A DNA stretch of 64,000 nucleotides from Eledone cirrhosa (Eukaryota). Position numbers and translations under genes: made by a program. Below the pieces are notes generated by a model. That model was given only the letters and a program-made list of their open reading frames with translations. It ran no database searches and had not been told where the DNA came from. Location of the stretch: positions 65,286,001 to 65,350,000 of the forward strand of contig OZ024745.1 in NCBI GenBank assembly GCA_964016885.1, read 5' to 3'. Position 1 is the first letter of the stretch; each line of letters starts with the position of its first letter. Shown here one piece after another: positions 43,901 through 57,200 of the stretch.

Positions 43901-46900
43901 AATTTTTTATTTGGGTGATCCCTTTTTTATTTGGGGGATCCATTTTTTATTTGGGTGATCCATTTTTTATTTGGGGGATCCATTTTTTATTTGGGGGATT
44001 CATTTTTTATTTGGGTGATCCATTTTTTATTAGGGGGATCCATTTTTTATTTGGGTGATCCATTTTTATTTGGAGATCCATTTTTTATTTAGGTGATCCA
44101 TTTTATAATTGGGTGATCCATTTTTTATTTGGGGGATCCATTTTTTATTTGGAGGATCCATTATTTATTTGGGTGATCCATTTTTTATTTGGGTGATCCA
44201 TTTTTTATTTGGGTGATCCATTTTTTATTTGGGTTGATCCCTTTTTTATTTGGGGGATCCATTTTTTATTTGGGTGATCCATTTTTTATTTTGGGGATCC
44301 ATTTTTTATTTGGGTGATCCATTTTTTATTTGGGTGATCCATTTTTTATTTGGGGGATCCATTTTTTATTTGGGTGATCCATTTTTTATTTGGGTGATCC
44401 ATTTTTTATTTGAGGGACCCATTTTATATTTGGGTGATCCATTTTTTATTTGGGTGATCCATTTTTTATTTGGGGGATTCATTTTTTATTTGGGGGATCC
44501 ATTTTTTATTTGGGGGATCCATTTTTTATTTGGGGGATCCATTTTTTATTTCGGGGATCCATTTTTTATTTGGGTGATTCATTTTTTATTTGGCGGATCC
44601 ATTTTTTATTTGGGTGATCCATTTTTTTTATTTGGGGGTCCATTTTTTATTTGGGTGATCCATTTTTTATTTGGGTGATCCATTTTTTAATTGGGTGATC
44701 CATTTTTATTTGGGTGATCCATTTTTTACTTGGGGGATCCATTTTTTATTTGGGTGATCCATTTTTTATTTTGCTGATTCATTTTTTATTTGGGTGATCC
44801 ATTTTTTATTTGGAGGATCCATTTTTTATTTGGGTGAACCATTTTTTATTTGGGGGATCCATTTTTTATTTGAATGATCCATTTTTTATTTGGGTGATCC
44901 ATTTTTTATTTGGGGGATCCATGTTTTATTTGGGTGATCCATTTTTTATTTGGGTGATCCATTTTTTATTTGGGGGATCCATTTTTTATTTGGGGGATCC
45001 ATTTTTTATTTGGGTGATCCATTTTTATTTGGAGATCCATTTTGTATTTGGGTGATCCATTTTGTATTTGGGGGATCCATTTTTTAATTGGGTGATCCAT
45101 TTTTTATTTGGGGGATCCATTTTTTATTTGGGGGATCCATTTTTTATTTGGGGGATCCATTGTTTATTTGGGTGATCCATTTTTTATTTGGGTGATCCAT
45201 TTTTTATTTGGGGGATCCATTTTTTATTTGGGGGATCCATTTTTTATTTGGGTGATCCATTTTTTATTTGGGTGATCCATTTTTTATTTGTGGGATCCAT
45301 TTTTTATTTGGGTGATCCATTTTTTATTTGGGGGATCCTTTTTTTATTTGGGTGATCCATTTTTTATTTGGGTGATCCATTTTTTATTTGGGGGATCCAT
45401 TTTTTATTTGGGTGATCCATTTTTTATTTGGGTGATACATTTTTTATTTGGGGGATCCATTTTTTATTTGGGTGATCCATTTTTTATTTGGGGGATCCAT
45501 TTTTTATTTGGGGGATCCATCTTTTATTTGGGTGATTCATTTTTTTTTTGGGTGATCCATTTTTTATTTGGGGGGATCCATTTTTTATTTGGGTGATCCA
45601 TTTTTTATTTGGGGGATCCATTTTTTATTTGGGTGATCCATTTTTTATTTGGGGGATCCATTTTTTATTTGGGTGATCCATTTTTTATTTGGGTGATCCA
45701 TTTTTTAATTGGGTGATCCATTTTTTATTTGGGGGATCCATTTTTTATTTGGGTGATCCATTTTTTAGTTGGGTGGTCCATTTTTTATTTGGGTGATCCA
45801 TTTTTTTATTTGGGGGATCCATTTTTTATTTGGGTGATCCATTTTTTATTTGGGGATCCATTTTTTATTTGGGTGATCCATTTTTTATTTGGGTGATCCA
45901 TTTTTTATTTGGGGGATTCATTTTTTATTTGGGTGATTCATTTTTTATTTGGGGGGTCCATTTTTTATTTGGGGGATCCATTTTTATTTGGGTGATCCAT
46001 TTTTTATTTGGGGGATCCATTTTTTATTTGGGTGATCCATTTTTTATTTGGGTTGATCCCTTTTTTATTTGGGGGATCCATTTTTTATTTGGGTGATCCA
46101 TTTTTCATTTGGAGGATCCACTTTTTATTTGGGTGATCCATTTTTTATTTGAGGGATCCATTTTATATTTGGGTGATCCATTTTTTATTTGGGGGATCCA
46201 TTATTTATTTGGGTGATCCATTTTTTATTTGGGTGATCCATTTTTTATTTGAGGGATCCATTTTATATTTGGGTGATCCATTTTTTATTTGGGTGATCCA
46301 TTTTTTATTTGGGGGATCCATTTTTTATTTGGGGGATCCATTTTTTATTTGGGGGATCCATTTTTTATTTGGGGGATCCATTTTTTATTTCGGGGATCCA
46401 TTTTTTATTTGGGTGATTCATTTTTTATTTGGGGGATCCATTTTTTATTTGGGTGATCCATTTTTTTTATTTGGGCGTCCATTTTTTATTTGGGTGATCC
46501 ATTTTTTATTTGGGTGATCCATTTTTTAATTGGGTGATCCATCTTTATTTGGGTGATCCATTTTTTACTTGGGGGATCCATTTTTTATTTGGGTGATCCA
46601 TTTTTTATTTTGATGATTCATTTTTTATTTGGGTGATCCATTTTTTATTTGGGGGATCCATTTTTTATTTGGGTGAACCATTTTTTATTTGGGGGATCCA
46701 TCTTTTATTTGGGTGATCCATTTTTTATTTGGGTGATCCATTTTTTATTTGGGGGATCCATTTTTTATTTGGGTGATCCATTTTTTATTTGGGTGATCCA
46801 TTTTTTATTTGGGGGATCCATTTTTTATTTGGGGGATCCATTTTTTATTTGGGTGATCCATTTTTATTTGGAGATCCATTTTGTATTTGGGTGATCCATT

Positions 46901-47159
46901 TTTTAATTGGGTGATCCATTTTTTATTTGGGTGATCCATTTTTTATTTGGGGGATCCATTTTTTATTTGGGTGATCCATTTTTTATTTGGGTGGTCCATT
47001 TTTTATTTGGGTGATCCATTTTTTATTTGGGGGATCCATTTTTTATTTGGGTGATCCATTTTTTATTTGGGGATCCATTTTTTATTTGGGTGATCCATTT
47101 TTTATTTGGGTGATCCATTTTTTATTTGGGGGATACATTTTTTATTTGGGTGATCCATT

Positions 47160-49000
47160 TTTTATTTGGGGGGTCCATTTTTTATTTGGGGGATCCATTT
47201 TTTATTTGGGTGATCAATTTTTTAATTGGGTGATCCATTTTTTATTTGGGGGATCCATTATTTATTTGGGTGATCCATTTTTTAGTTGGGTGGTCCATTT
47301 TTTATTTGGGTGATCCATCTTTTATTTGGGGGATCCATTTTTTATTTGGGTGATCCATTTTTTATTTGGGGATCCATTTTTTTTTTGGGTGATCCATTTT
47401 TTATTTGGGTGATCCATTTTTTATTTGGGGGATCCATTTTTTATTTGGGTGATCCATTTTTTATTTGGGGATCCATTTTTTATTTGGGTGATCCATTTTT
47501 TATTTGGGTGATCCATTTTTTATTTGGGGGATCCATTTTTTACTTGGGTGATCCATTTTTTATTTGGGGGTCCATTTTTTATTTGGGGGATCCATTTTTA
47601 TTTGGGTGATCCATTTTTTATTTGGGGGTTCCATTTTTTATTTGGGTGATCCATTTTTTATTTGGGTTGATCCCTTTTTTATTTGGGGGATCCATTTTTT
47701 ATTTGGGTGATCCATTTTTTATTTGGGGGATCCATTTTTTATTTGGGGTATCCATTTTTTATTTGGTTGATCCATTTTTTATTAGGGGGATCCATTTTTT
47801 ATTTGGGTGATCCATTTTAATTTGGAGATCCATTTTTTGTTTAGGTGATCCATTTTATAATTGGGTGATCCATTTTTTATATGGGGGATCCATTTTTTAT
47901 TTGGGGGATCCATTATTTATTTGGGTGATCCATTTTTTATTTGGGTGATCCATTTTTTATTTGGGTGATCCATTTTTTATTTGGGTGATCCATTTTTTAT
48001 TTGGGTGATCCATTTTTTATTTGGGGGATCCATTTTTTATTTGGGTGATCCATTTTTTATTTGGGTGATCCATTTTTTATTTGGGGGGGTCCATTTTTTA
48101 TTTGGGGGATCCATTTTTTATTTGGGTGATCAATTTTTTAATTGGGTGATCCATTTTTTATTTGGGGGATCCATTATTTATTTGGGTGATCCATTTTTTA
48201 GTTGGGTGGTCCATTTTTTATTTGGGTGATCCATTTTTTATTTGGGGGATCCATTTTTTATTTGGGTGATCCATTTTTTATTTGGGGAACCATTTTTTAT
48301 TTGGGTGATCCATTTTTTATTTGGGTGATCCATTTTTTATTTGGGGGATCCATTTTTTATTTGGGTGATCCATTTTTTATTTGGGGATCCATTTTTTATT
48401 TGGGTGATCCATTTTTTATTTGGGTGATCCATTTTTTATTTGGGGGATCCATTTTTTATTTGGGTGATCCATTTTTTATTTGGGGGTCCATTTTTTATCT
48501 GGGGGATCCATTTTTATTTGGGTGATCCATTTTTTATTTGGGGGATCCATTTTTTATTTGGGTGATCCATTTTTTATTTGGGTTGATCCCTTTTTTCTTT
48601 GGGGGATCCATTTTTTATTTGGGTGATCCATTTTTTATTTGGGGGATCCATTTTTTATTTGGGGTATCCATTTTTTATTTGGGGGATCCATTTTTTATTT
48701 GGGGTATCCATTTTTTATTTGGTTGATCCATTTTTTATTAGGGGGATCCATTTTTTATTTGGGTGATCCATTTTAATTTGGAGATCCATTTTTTGTTTAG
48801 GTGATCCATTTTATAATTGGGTGATCCATTTTTTATTTGGGGGATCCATTTTTTATTTGGGGGATCCATTATTTATTTGGGTGATCCATTTTTTATTTGG
48901 GTGATCCATTTTTTATTTGGGTGATCCATTTTTTATTTGGGTGATCCATTTTTTATTTGGGTGATCCATTTTTTATTTGGGGGATCCATTTTTTATTTGG
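47160..49000 (+). repeat. Tandem duplication, period ~916 bp, with several differences between copies
   Basis: ORF pairs 47286/48202 and 47622/48538. Shared variants gatcaattttttaatt (~47212/48128) and ggggtatcc (~47745/48661). Confidence 0.8.
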
Positions 49001-50399
49001 GTGATCCATTTTTTATTTGGGTGATCCATTTTTTATTTGAGGGATCCATTTTATATTTGGGTGATCCATTTTTTATTTGGGTGATCCATTTTTTATTTGG
49101 GGGATCCATTTTTTATTTGGGGGATCCATTTTTTATTTGGGGGATCCATTTTTTATTTCGGGGATCCATTTTTTATTTGGGTGATTCATTTTTTATTTGG
49201 GGGATCCATTTTTTATTTGGGTGATCCATTTTTTTTATTTGGGGGTCCATTTTTTATTTGGGTGATCCATTTTTTATTTGGATGATCCATTTTTTAATTG
49301 GGTGATCCATTTTTATTTGGGTGATCCATTTTTTACTTGGGGGATCCATTTTTTATTTGGGTGATCCATTTTTTATTTTGCTGATTCATTTTTTATTTGG
49401 GTGATCCATTTTTTATTTGGGGGATCCATTTTTTATTTGGGTGAACCATTTTTTATTTGGGAGATCCATTTTTTATTTGGGTGATCCATTTTTTATTTGG
49501 GTGATCCATTTTTTATTTGGGGGATCCATTTTTTATTTGGGGGATCCATTTTTTATTTGGGTGATCCATTTTTTATTTGGGTGATCCATTTTTTATTTGA
49601 GGGATCCATTTTATATTTGGGTGATCCATTTTTTATTTGGGTGATCCATTTTTTATTTGGGGGATCCATTTTTTATTTGGGGGATCCATTTTTTATTTGG
49701 GGGATCCATTTTTTATTTGGGGGATCCATTTTTTATTTCGGGGATCCATTTTTTATTTGGGTGATTCATTTTTTATTTGGGGGATCCATTTTTTATTTGG
49801 GTGATCCATTTTTTTTATTTGGGGGTCCATTTTTTATTTGGGTGATCCATTTTTTATTTGGGTGATCCATTTTTTAATTGGGTGATCCATTTTTATTTGG
49901 GTGATCCATTTTTTACTTGGGGGATCCATTTTTTATTTGGGTGATCCATTTTTTATTTTGCTGATTCATTTTTTATTTGGGTGATCCATTTTTTATTTGG
50001 GGGATCCATTTTTTATTTGGGTGAACCATTTTTTATTTGGGGGATCCATCTTTTATTTGGGTGATCCATTTTTTATTTGGGTGATCCATTTTTTATTTGG
50101 GGGATCCATTTTATATTTGGGTGATCCATTTTTTATTTGGGTGATCCATTTTTTATTTGGGGGATCCATTTTTTATTTGGGGGATCCATTTTTTATTTGG
50201 GTGATCCATTTTTTATTTGGGGGATCCATTTTTTATTTGGGTGATCCATTTTTATTTGGAGATCCATTTTGTATTTGGGTGATCCATTTTTTAATTGGGT
50301 GATCCATTTTTTATTTGGGTGATCCATTTTTTATTTGGGGGATCCATTTTTTATTTGGGTGAACCATTTTTTATTTGGGGGATCCATCTTTTATTTGGG

Positions 50400-51690
50400 T
50401 GATCCATTTTTTATTTGGGTGATCCATTTTTTATTTGGGGGATCCATTTTTTATTTGGGTGATCCATTTTTTATTTGGGGATCCATTTTTTATTTGGGTG
50501 ATCCATTTTTTATTTGGGTGATCCATTTTTTATTTGGGGGATACATTTTTTATTTGGGTGATCCATTTTTTATTTGGGGGGTCCATTTTTTATTTGGGGG
50601 ATCCATTTTTTATTTGGGTGATCAATTTTTTAATTGGGTGATCCATTTTTTATTTGGGGGATCCATTTTTTATTTGGGTGATCCATTTTTTAGTTGGGTG
50701 GTCCATTTTTTATTTGGGTGATCCACTTTTTATTTGGGGGATCCATTTTTTATTTGGGTGATCCATTTTTTATTTGGGGATCCATTTTTTATTTGGGTGA
50801 TCCATTTTTTATTTGGGTGATCCATTTTTTATTTGGGGGATCCATTTTTTATTTGGGTGATCCATTTTTTATTTGGGGATCCATTTTTTATTTGGGTGAT
50901 CCATTTTTTATTTGGGTGATCCATTTTTTATTTGGGGGATCCATTTTTTATTTGTGTGATCCATTTTTTATTTGGGGGTGCATTTTTTATTTGGGGGATC
51001 CATTTTTATTTGGGTGATCCATTTTTTATTTGGGGGATCCATTTTTTATTTGGGTGATCCATTTTTTATTTGGGTTGATCCCTTTTTTATTTGGGGGATC
51101 CATTTTTTATTTGGGTGATCCATTTTTTATTTGGGGGATCCATTTTTTATTTGGGGGATCCATTTTTTATTTGGTTGATCCATTTTTTATTAGGGGGATC
51201 CATTTTTTATTTGGGTGATCCATTTTAATTTGGAGATCCATTTTTTGTTTAGGTGATCCATTTTATAATTGGGTGATCCATTTTTTATTTGGGGGATCCA
51301 TTTTTTATTTGGGGGATCCATTATTTATTTGGGTGATCCATTTTTTATTTGGGTGATCCATTTTTTATTTGGGTGATCCATTTTTTATTTGGGTGATCCA
51401 TTTTTTATTTGGGTGATCCATTTTTTATTTGGGGGATCCATTTTTTATTTGGGTGATCCATTCTTTATTTGGGTGATCCATTTTTTATTTGAGGGATCCA
51501 TTTTATATTTGGGTGATCCATTTTTTATTTGGGTGATCCATTTTTTATTTGGGGGATCCATTTTTTATTTGGGGGATCCATTTTTTATTTGGGGGATCCA
51601 TTTTTTATTTGGGGGATCCATTTTTTATTTCGGGGATCCATTTTTTATTTGGGTGATTCATTTTTTATTTGGGGGATCCATTTTTTATTT
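50400..51690 (+). repeat. Dispersed copy of ~13670-14960 (offset 36,732 bp)
   Basis: ORF pairs 13962/50694, 14298/51030 and 14657/51389. Variants ccactttt (~13991/50723), tgtgtgat (~14221/50953) and ccattcttt (~14726/51458). Confidence 0.85.
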
Positions 51691-54249
51691 GGATGATCCA
51701 TTTTTTATTTGGGTGATCCATTTTTTATTTGGGTGATCCATTTTTTATTTGGGGGATCCATTTTTTATTTGGGGGATCCATTTTTTATTTGGGTGATCCA
51801 TTTTTATTTGGAGATCCATTTTGTATTTGGGTGATCCATTTTTTAATTGGGTGATCCATTTTTTATTTGGGTGATCCATTTTTTATTTGGGGGATCCTTT
51901 TTTTATTTGGGTGATCCATTTTTTATTTGGGTGGTCCATTTTTTATTTGGGTGATCCATTTTTTATTTGGGGGATCCATTTTTTATTTGGGTGATCCATT
52001 TTTCATTTGGGGATCCATTTTTTATTTGGGTGATCCATTTTTTATTTGGGTGATCCATTTTTTATTTGGGGGATACATTTTTTATTTGGGTGATCCATTT
52101 TTTATTTGGGGGATCCATTTTTTATTTGGCTGATCCCTTTTTTATTTGGGGGATCCATTTTTTATTTGGGTGATCCATTTTTTATTTGGGGGATCCATTT
52201 TTTATTTGGGGGATCCATTATTTATTTGGGTGATGCATTTTTTATTTGGGTGATCCATTTTTTATTTGGGTGATCCATTTTTTATTTGGGTGATCCATTT
52301 TTTATTTGGGTGATCCATTTTTTATTTGGGGGATCCATTTTTTATTTGGGTGATCCATTTTTTATTTGGGTGATCCATTTTTTATTTGAGGGATCCATTT
52401 TATATTTGGGTGATCCATTTTTTATATGGGTGATCCATTTTTTATTTGGGGGATCCATTTTTTATTTGGGGGATCCATTTTTTATTTGGGGGATCCATTT
52501 TTTATTTGGGGGATCCATTTTTTATTTCGGGGATCTATTTTTTATTTGGGTGATTCATTTTTTATTTGGGGGATCCATTTTTTATTTGGGTAATCCATTT
52601 TTTTTATTTGGGGGTCCATTTTTTATTTGGGTGATCCATTTTTTATTTGGATGATCCATTTTTTAATTGGGTGATCCATTTTTATTTGGGTGATCCATTT
52701 TTTACTTGGGGGATGCATTTTTTATTTGGGTGATCCATTTTTTATTTTGCTGATTCATTTTTTATTTGGGTGATCCATTTTTTATTTGGGGGATCCATTT
52801 TTTATTTGGGTGAACCATTTTTTATTTGGGAGATCCCTTTTTTATTTGGGTGATCCATTTTTTATTTGGGTGATCCATTTTTTATTTGGGGCATCCATTT
52901 TTTATTTGGGTGATCCATTTTTTATTTGGGTGATCCATTTTTTATTTGGGGGATCCATTTTTTATTTGGGGGATCCATTTTTTATTTGGGTGATCCATTT
53001 TTATTTGGAGATCCATTTTGTATTTGGGTGATCCATTTTTTAATTGGGTGATCCATTTTTTATTTGGGTGATCCATTTTTTATTTGGGTGGTCCATTTTT
53101 TATTTGGGTGATCCATTTTTTATTTGGGGGATCCATTTTTTATTTGGGTGATCCATTTTTTATTTGGGGATCCATTTTTTATTTGGGTGATCCATTTTTT
53201 ATTTGGGTGATCCATTTTTTATTTGGGGGATCCATTTTTTATTTGGGTGATCCATTTTTTATTTGGGGGGGTCCATTTTTTATTTGGGGGATCCATTTTT
53301 ATTTGGGTGATCCATTTTTTATTTGGGGGATCCATTTTTTATTTGGGGGATCCATTTTTTATTTGGGGGATCCATTTTTTATTTGGGTGATCCATTTTTT
53401 ATTTGGGGGATCCATTTTTTATTTGGGGGATTCATTTTTTATTTGGGTGATCCATTTTTTATTAGGGGGATCCATTTTTTATTTGGGTGATCCATTTTTA
53501 TTTGGAGATCCATTTTTTATTTAGGTGATCCATTTTATAATTGGGTGATCCATTTTTTATTTGGGGGATCCATTTTTTATTTGGGGGATCCATTATTTAT
53601 TTGGGTGATCCATTTTTTATTTGGGTGATCCATTTTTTATTTGGGTGATCCATTTTTTATTTGGGTGATCCATTTTTTATTTGGGGGATCCATTTTTTAT
53701 TTGGGTGATCCATTTTTTATTTGGGGGATCCATTTTTTATTTGGGTGATCCATTTTTTATTTGGGTGATCCATTTTTTATTTGGGGGATCCATTTTTTAT
53801 TTGGGTGATCCATTTTTTATTTGGGTGATCCATTTTTTATTTGGGTGATCCATTTTTTATTTGGGGGATCCATTTTTTATTTGGGGGATCCATTTTTTAT
53901 TTGGGTGATCCTTTTTTATTTGGAGATCCATTTTGTATTTGGGTGATCCATTTTTTAATTGGGTGATCCATTTTTTATTTGGGTGATCCATTTTTTATTT
54001 GGGGGATCCATTTTTTATTTGGGTGATCCATTTTTTATTTGGGTGGTCCATTTTTTATTTGGGTGATCCATTTTTTATTTGGGGGATCCATTTTTTATTT
54101 GGGTGATCCATTTTTTATTTGGGGATCCATTTTTTATTTGGGTGATCCATTTTTTATTTGGGTGATCCATTTTTTATTTGGGGGATACATTTTTTATTTG
54201 GGTGATCCATTTTTTATTTGGGGGGTCCATTTTTTATTTGGGGGATCCA

Positions 54250-57200
54250 TTTTTATTTGGGTGATCCATTTTTTATTTGGGGGATCCATTTTTTATTTGG
54301 GTGATCCCTTTTTTATTTGGGGGATCCATTTTTTATTTGGGTGATCCATTTTTTATTTGGGGGATCCATTTTTTATTTGGGGGATTCATTTTTTATTTGG
54401 GTGATCCATTTTTTATTAGGGGGATCCATTTTTTATTTGGGTGATCCATTTTTATTTGGAGATCCATTTTTTATTTAGGTGATCCATTTTATAATTGGGT
54501 GATCCATTTTTTATTTGGGGGATCCATTTTTTATTTGGAGGATCCATTATTTATTTGGGTGATCCATTTTTTATTTGGGTGATCCATTTTTTATTTGGGT
54601 GATCCATTTTTTATTTGGGTTGATCCCTTTTTTATTTGGGGGATCCATTTTTTATTTGGGTGATCCATTTTTTATTTTGGGGATCCATTTTTTATTTGGG
54701 TGATCCATTTTTTATTTGGGTGATCCATTTTTTATTTGGGGGATCCATTTTTTATTTGGGTGATCCATTTTTTATTTGGGTGATCCATTTTTTATTTGAG
54801 GGACCCATTTTATATTTGGGTGATCCATTTTTTATTTGGGTGATCCATTTTTTATTTGGGGGATTCATTTTTTATTTGGGGGATCCATTTTTTATTTGGG
54901 GGATCCATTTTTTATTTGGGGGATCCATTTTTTATTTCGGGGATCCATTTTTTATTTGGGTGATTCATTTTTTATTTGGGGGATCCATTTTTTATTTGGG
55001 TGATCCATTTTTTTTATTTGGGGGTCCATTTTTTATTTGGGTGATCCATTTTTTATTTGTGTGATCCATTTTTTAATTGGGTGATCCATTTTTATTTGGG
55101 TGATCCATTTTTTACTTGGGGGATCCATTTTTTATTTGGGTGATCCTTTTTTTATTTTGCTGATTCATTTTTTATTTGGGTGATCCATTTTTTATTTGGA
55201 GGATCCATTTTTTATTTGGGTGAACCATTTTTTATTTGGGGGATCCATTTTTTAGTTGGGTGATCCATTTTTTATTTGGGTGATCCATTTTTTATTTGGG
55301 GGATCCATGTTTTATTTGGGTGATCCATTTTTTATTTGGGTGATCCATTTTTTATTTGGGGGATCCATTTTTTATTTGGGGGATCCATTTTTTATTTGGG
55401 TGATCCATTTTTATTTGGAGATCCATTTTGTATTTGGGTGATCCATTTTGTATTTGGGGGATCCATTTTTTAATTGGGTGATCCATTTTTTATTTGGGGG
55501 ATCCATTTTTTATTTGGGGGATCCATTTTTTATTTGGGGGATCCATTGTTTATTTGGGTGATCCATTTTTTATTTGGGTGATCCATTTTTTATTTGGGGG
55601 ATCCATTTTTTATTTGGGGGATCCATTTTTTATTTGGGTGATCCATTTTTTATTTGGGTGATCCATTTTTTATTTGGGGGATCCATTTTTTATTTGGGGG
55701 ATCCATTTTTTATTTGGTTGATCCATTTTTTATTAGGGGGATCCATATTTTATTTGGGTGATCCATTTTAATTTGGAGATCCATTTTTTGTTTAGGTGAT
55801 CCATTTTATAATTGGGTGATCCATTTTTTATTTGGGGGATCCATTTTTTATTTGGGGGATCCATTATTTATTTGGGTGATGCATTTTTTATTTGGGTGAT
55901 CCATTTTTTATTTGGGTGATCCATTTTTTATTTGGGTGATCCATTTTTTATTTGGGTGATCCATTTTTTATTTGGGGGATCCATTTTTTATTTGGGTGAT
56001 CCATTTTTTATTTGGGTGATCCATTTTTTATTTGAGGGATCCATTTTATATTTGGGTGATCCATTTTTTATATGGGTGATCCATTTTTTATTTGGGGGAT
56101 CCATTTTTTATTTGGGGGATCCATTTTTTATTTGGGGGATCCATTTTTTATTTGGGGGATCCATTTTTTATTTCGGGGATCCATTTTTTATTTGGGTGAT
56201 TCATTTTTTATTTGGGGGATCCATTTTTTATTTGGGTAATCCATTTTTTTTATTTGGGGGTCCATTTTTTATTTGGGTGATCCATTTTTTATTTGGATGA
56301 TCCATTTTTTAATTGGGTGATCCATTTTTATTTGGGTGATCCATTTTTTACTTGGGGGATGCATTTTTTATTTGGGTGATCCATTTTTTATTTTGCTGAT
56401 TCATTTTTTATTTGGGTGATCCATTTTTTATTTGGGGGATCCATTTTTTATTTGGGTGAACCATTTTTTATTTGGGAGATCCATTTTTTATTTGGGTGAT
56501 CCATTTTTTATTTGGGTGATCCATTTTTTATTTGGGGGATCCATTTTTTATTTGGGTGATCCATTTTTTATTTGGGTGATCCATTTTTTATTTGGGGGAT
56601 CCATTTTTTATTTGGGGGATCCATTTTTTATTTGGGTGATCCATTTTTATTTGGAGATCCATTTTGTATTTGGGGGATCCATTTTTATTTGGGTGTTCCA
56701 TTTTTTATTTGGGGGATCCATTTTTTATTTGGGTGATCCCTTTTTTATTTGGGGGATCCATTTTTTATTTGGGTGATCCATTTTTTATTTGGGGGATCCA
56801 TTTTTTATTTGGGGGATTCATTTTTTATTTGGGTGATCCATTTTTTATTAGGGGGATCCATTTTTTATTTGGGTGATCCATTTTTATTTGGAGATCCATT
56901 TTTTATTTAGGTGATCCATTTTATAATTGGGTGATCCATTTTTTATTTGGGGGATCCATTTTTTATTTGGAGGATCCATTATTTATTTGGGTGATCCATT
57001 TTTTATTTGGGTGATCCATTTTTTAGTTGGGTGATCCATTTTTTATTTGGGTTGATCCCTTTTTTATTTGGGGGATCCATTTTTTATTTGGGTGATCCAT
57101 TTTTTATTTTGGGGATCCATTTTTTATTTGGGTGATCCATTTTTTATTTGGGTGATCCATTTTTTATTTGGGGGATCCATTTTTTATTTGGGTGATCCAT

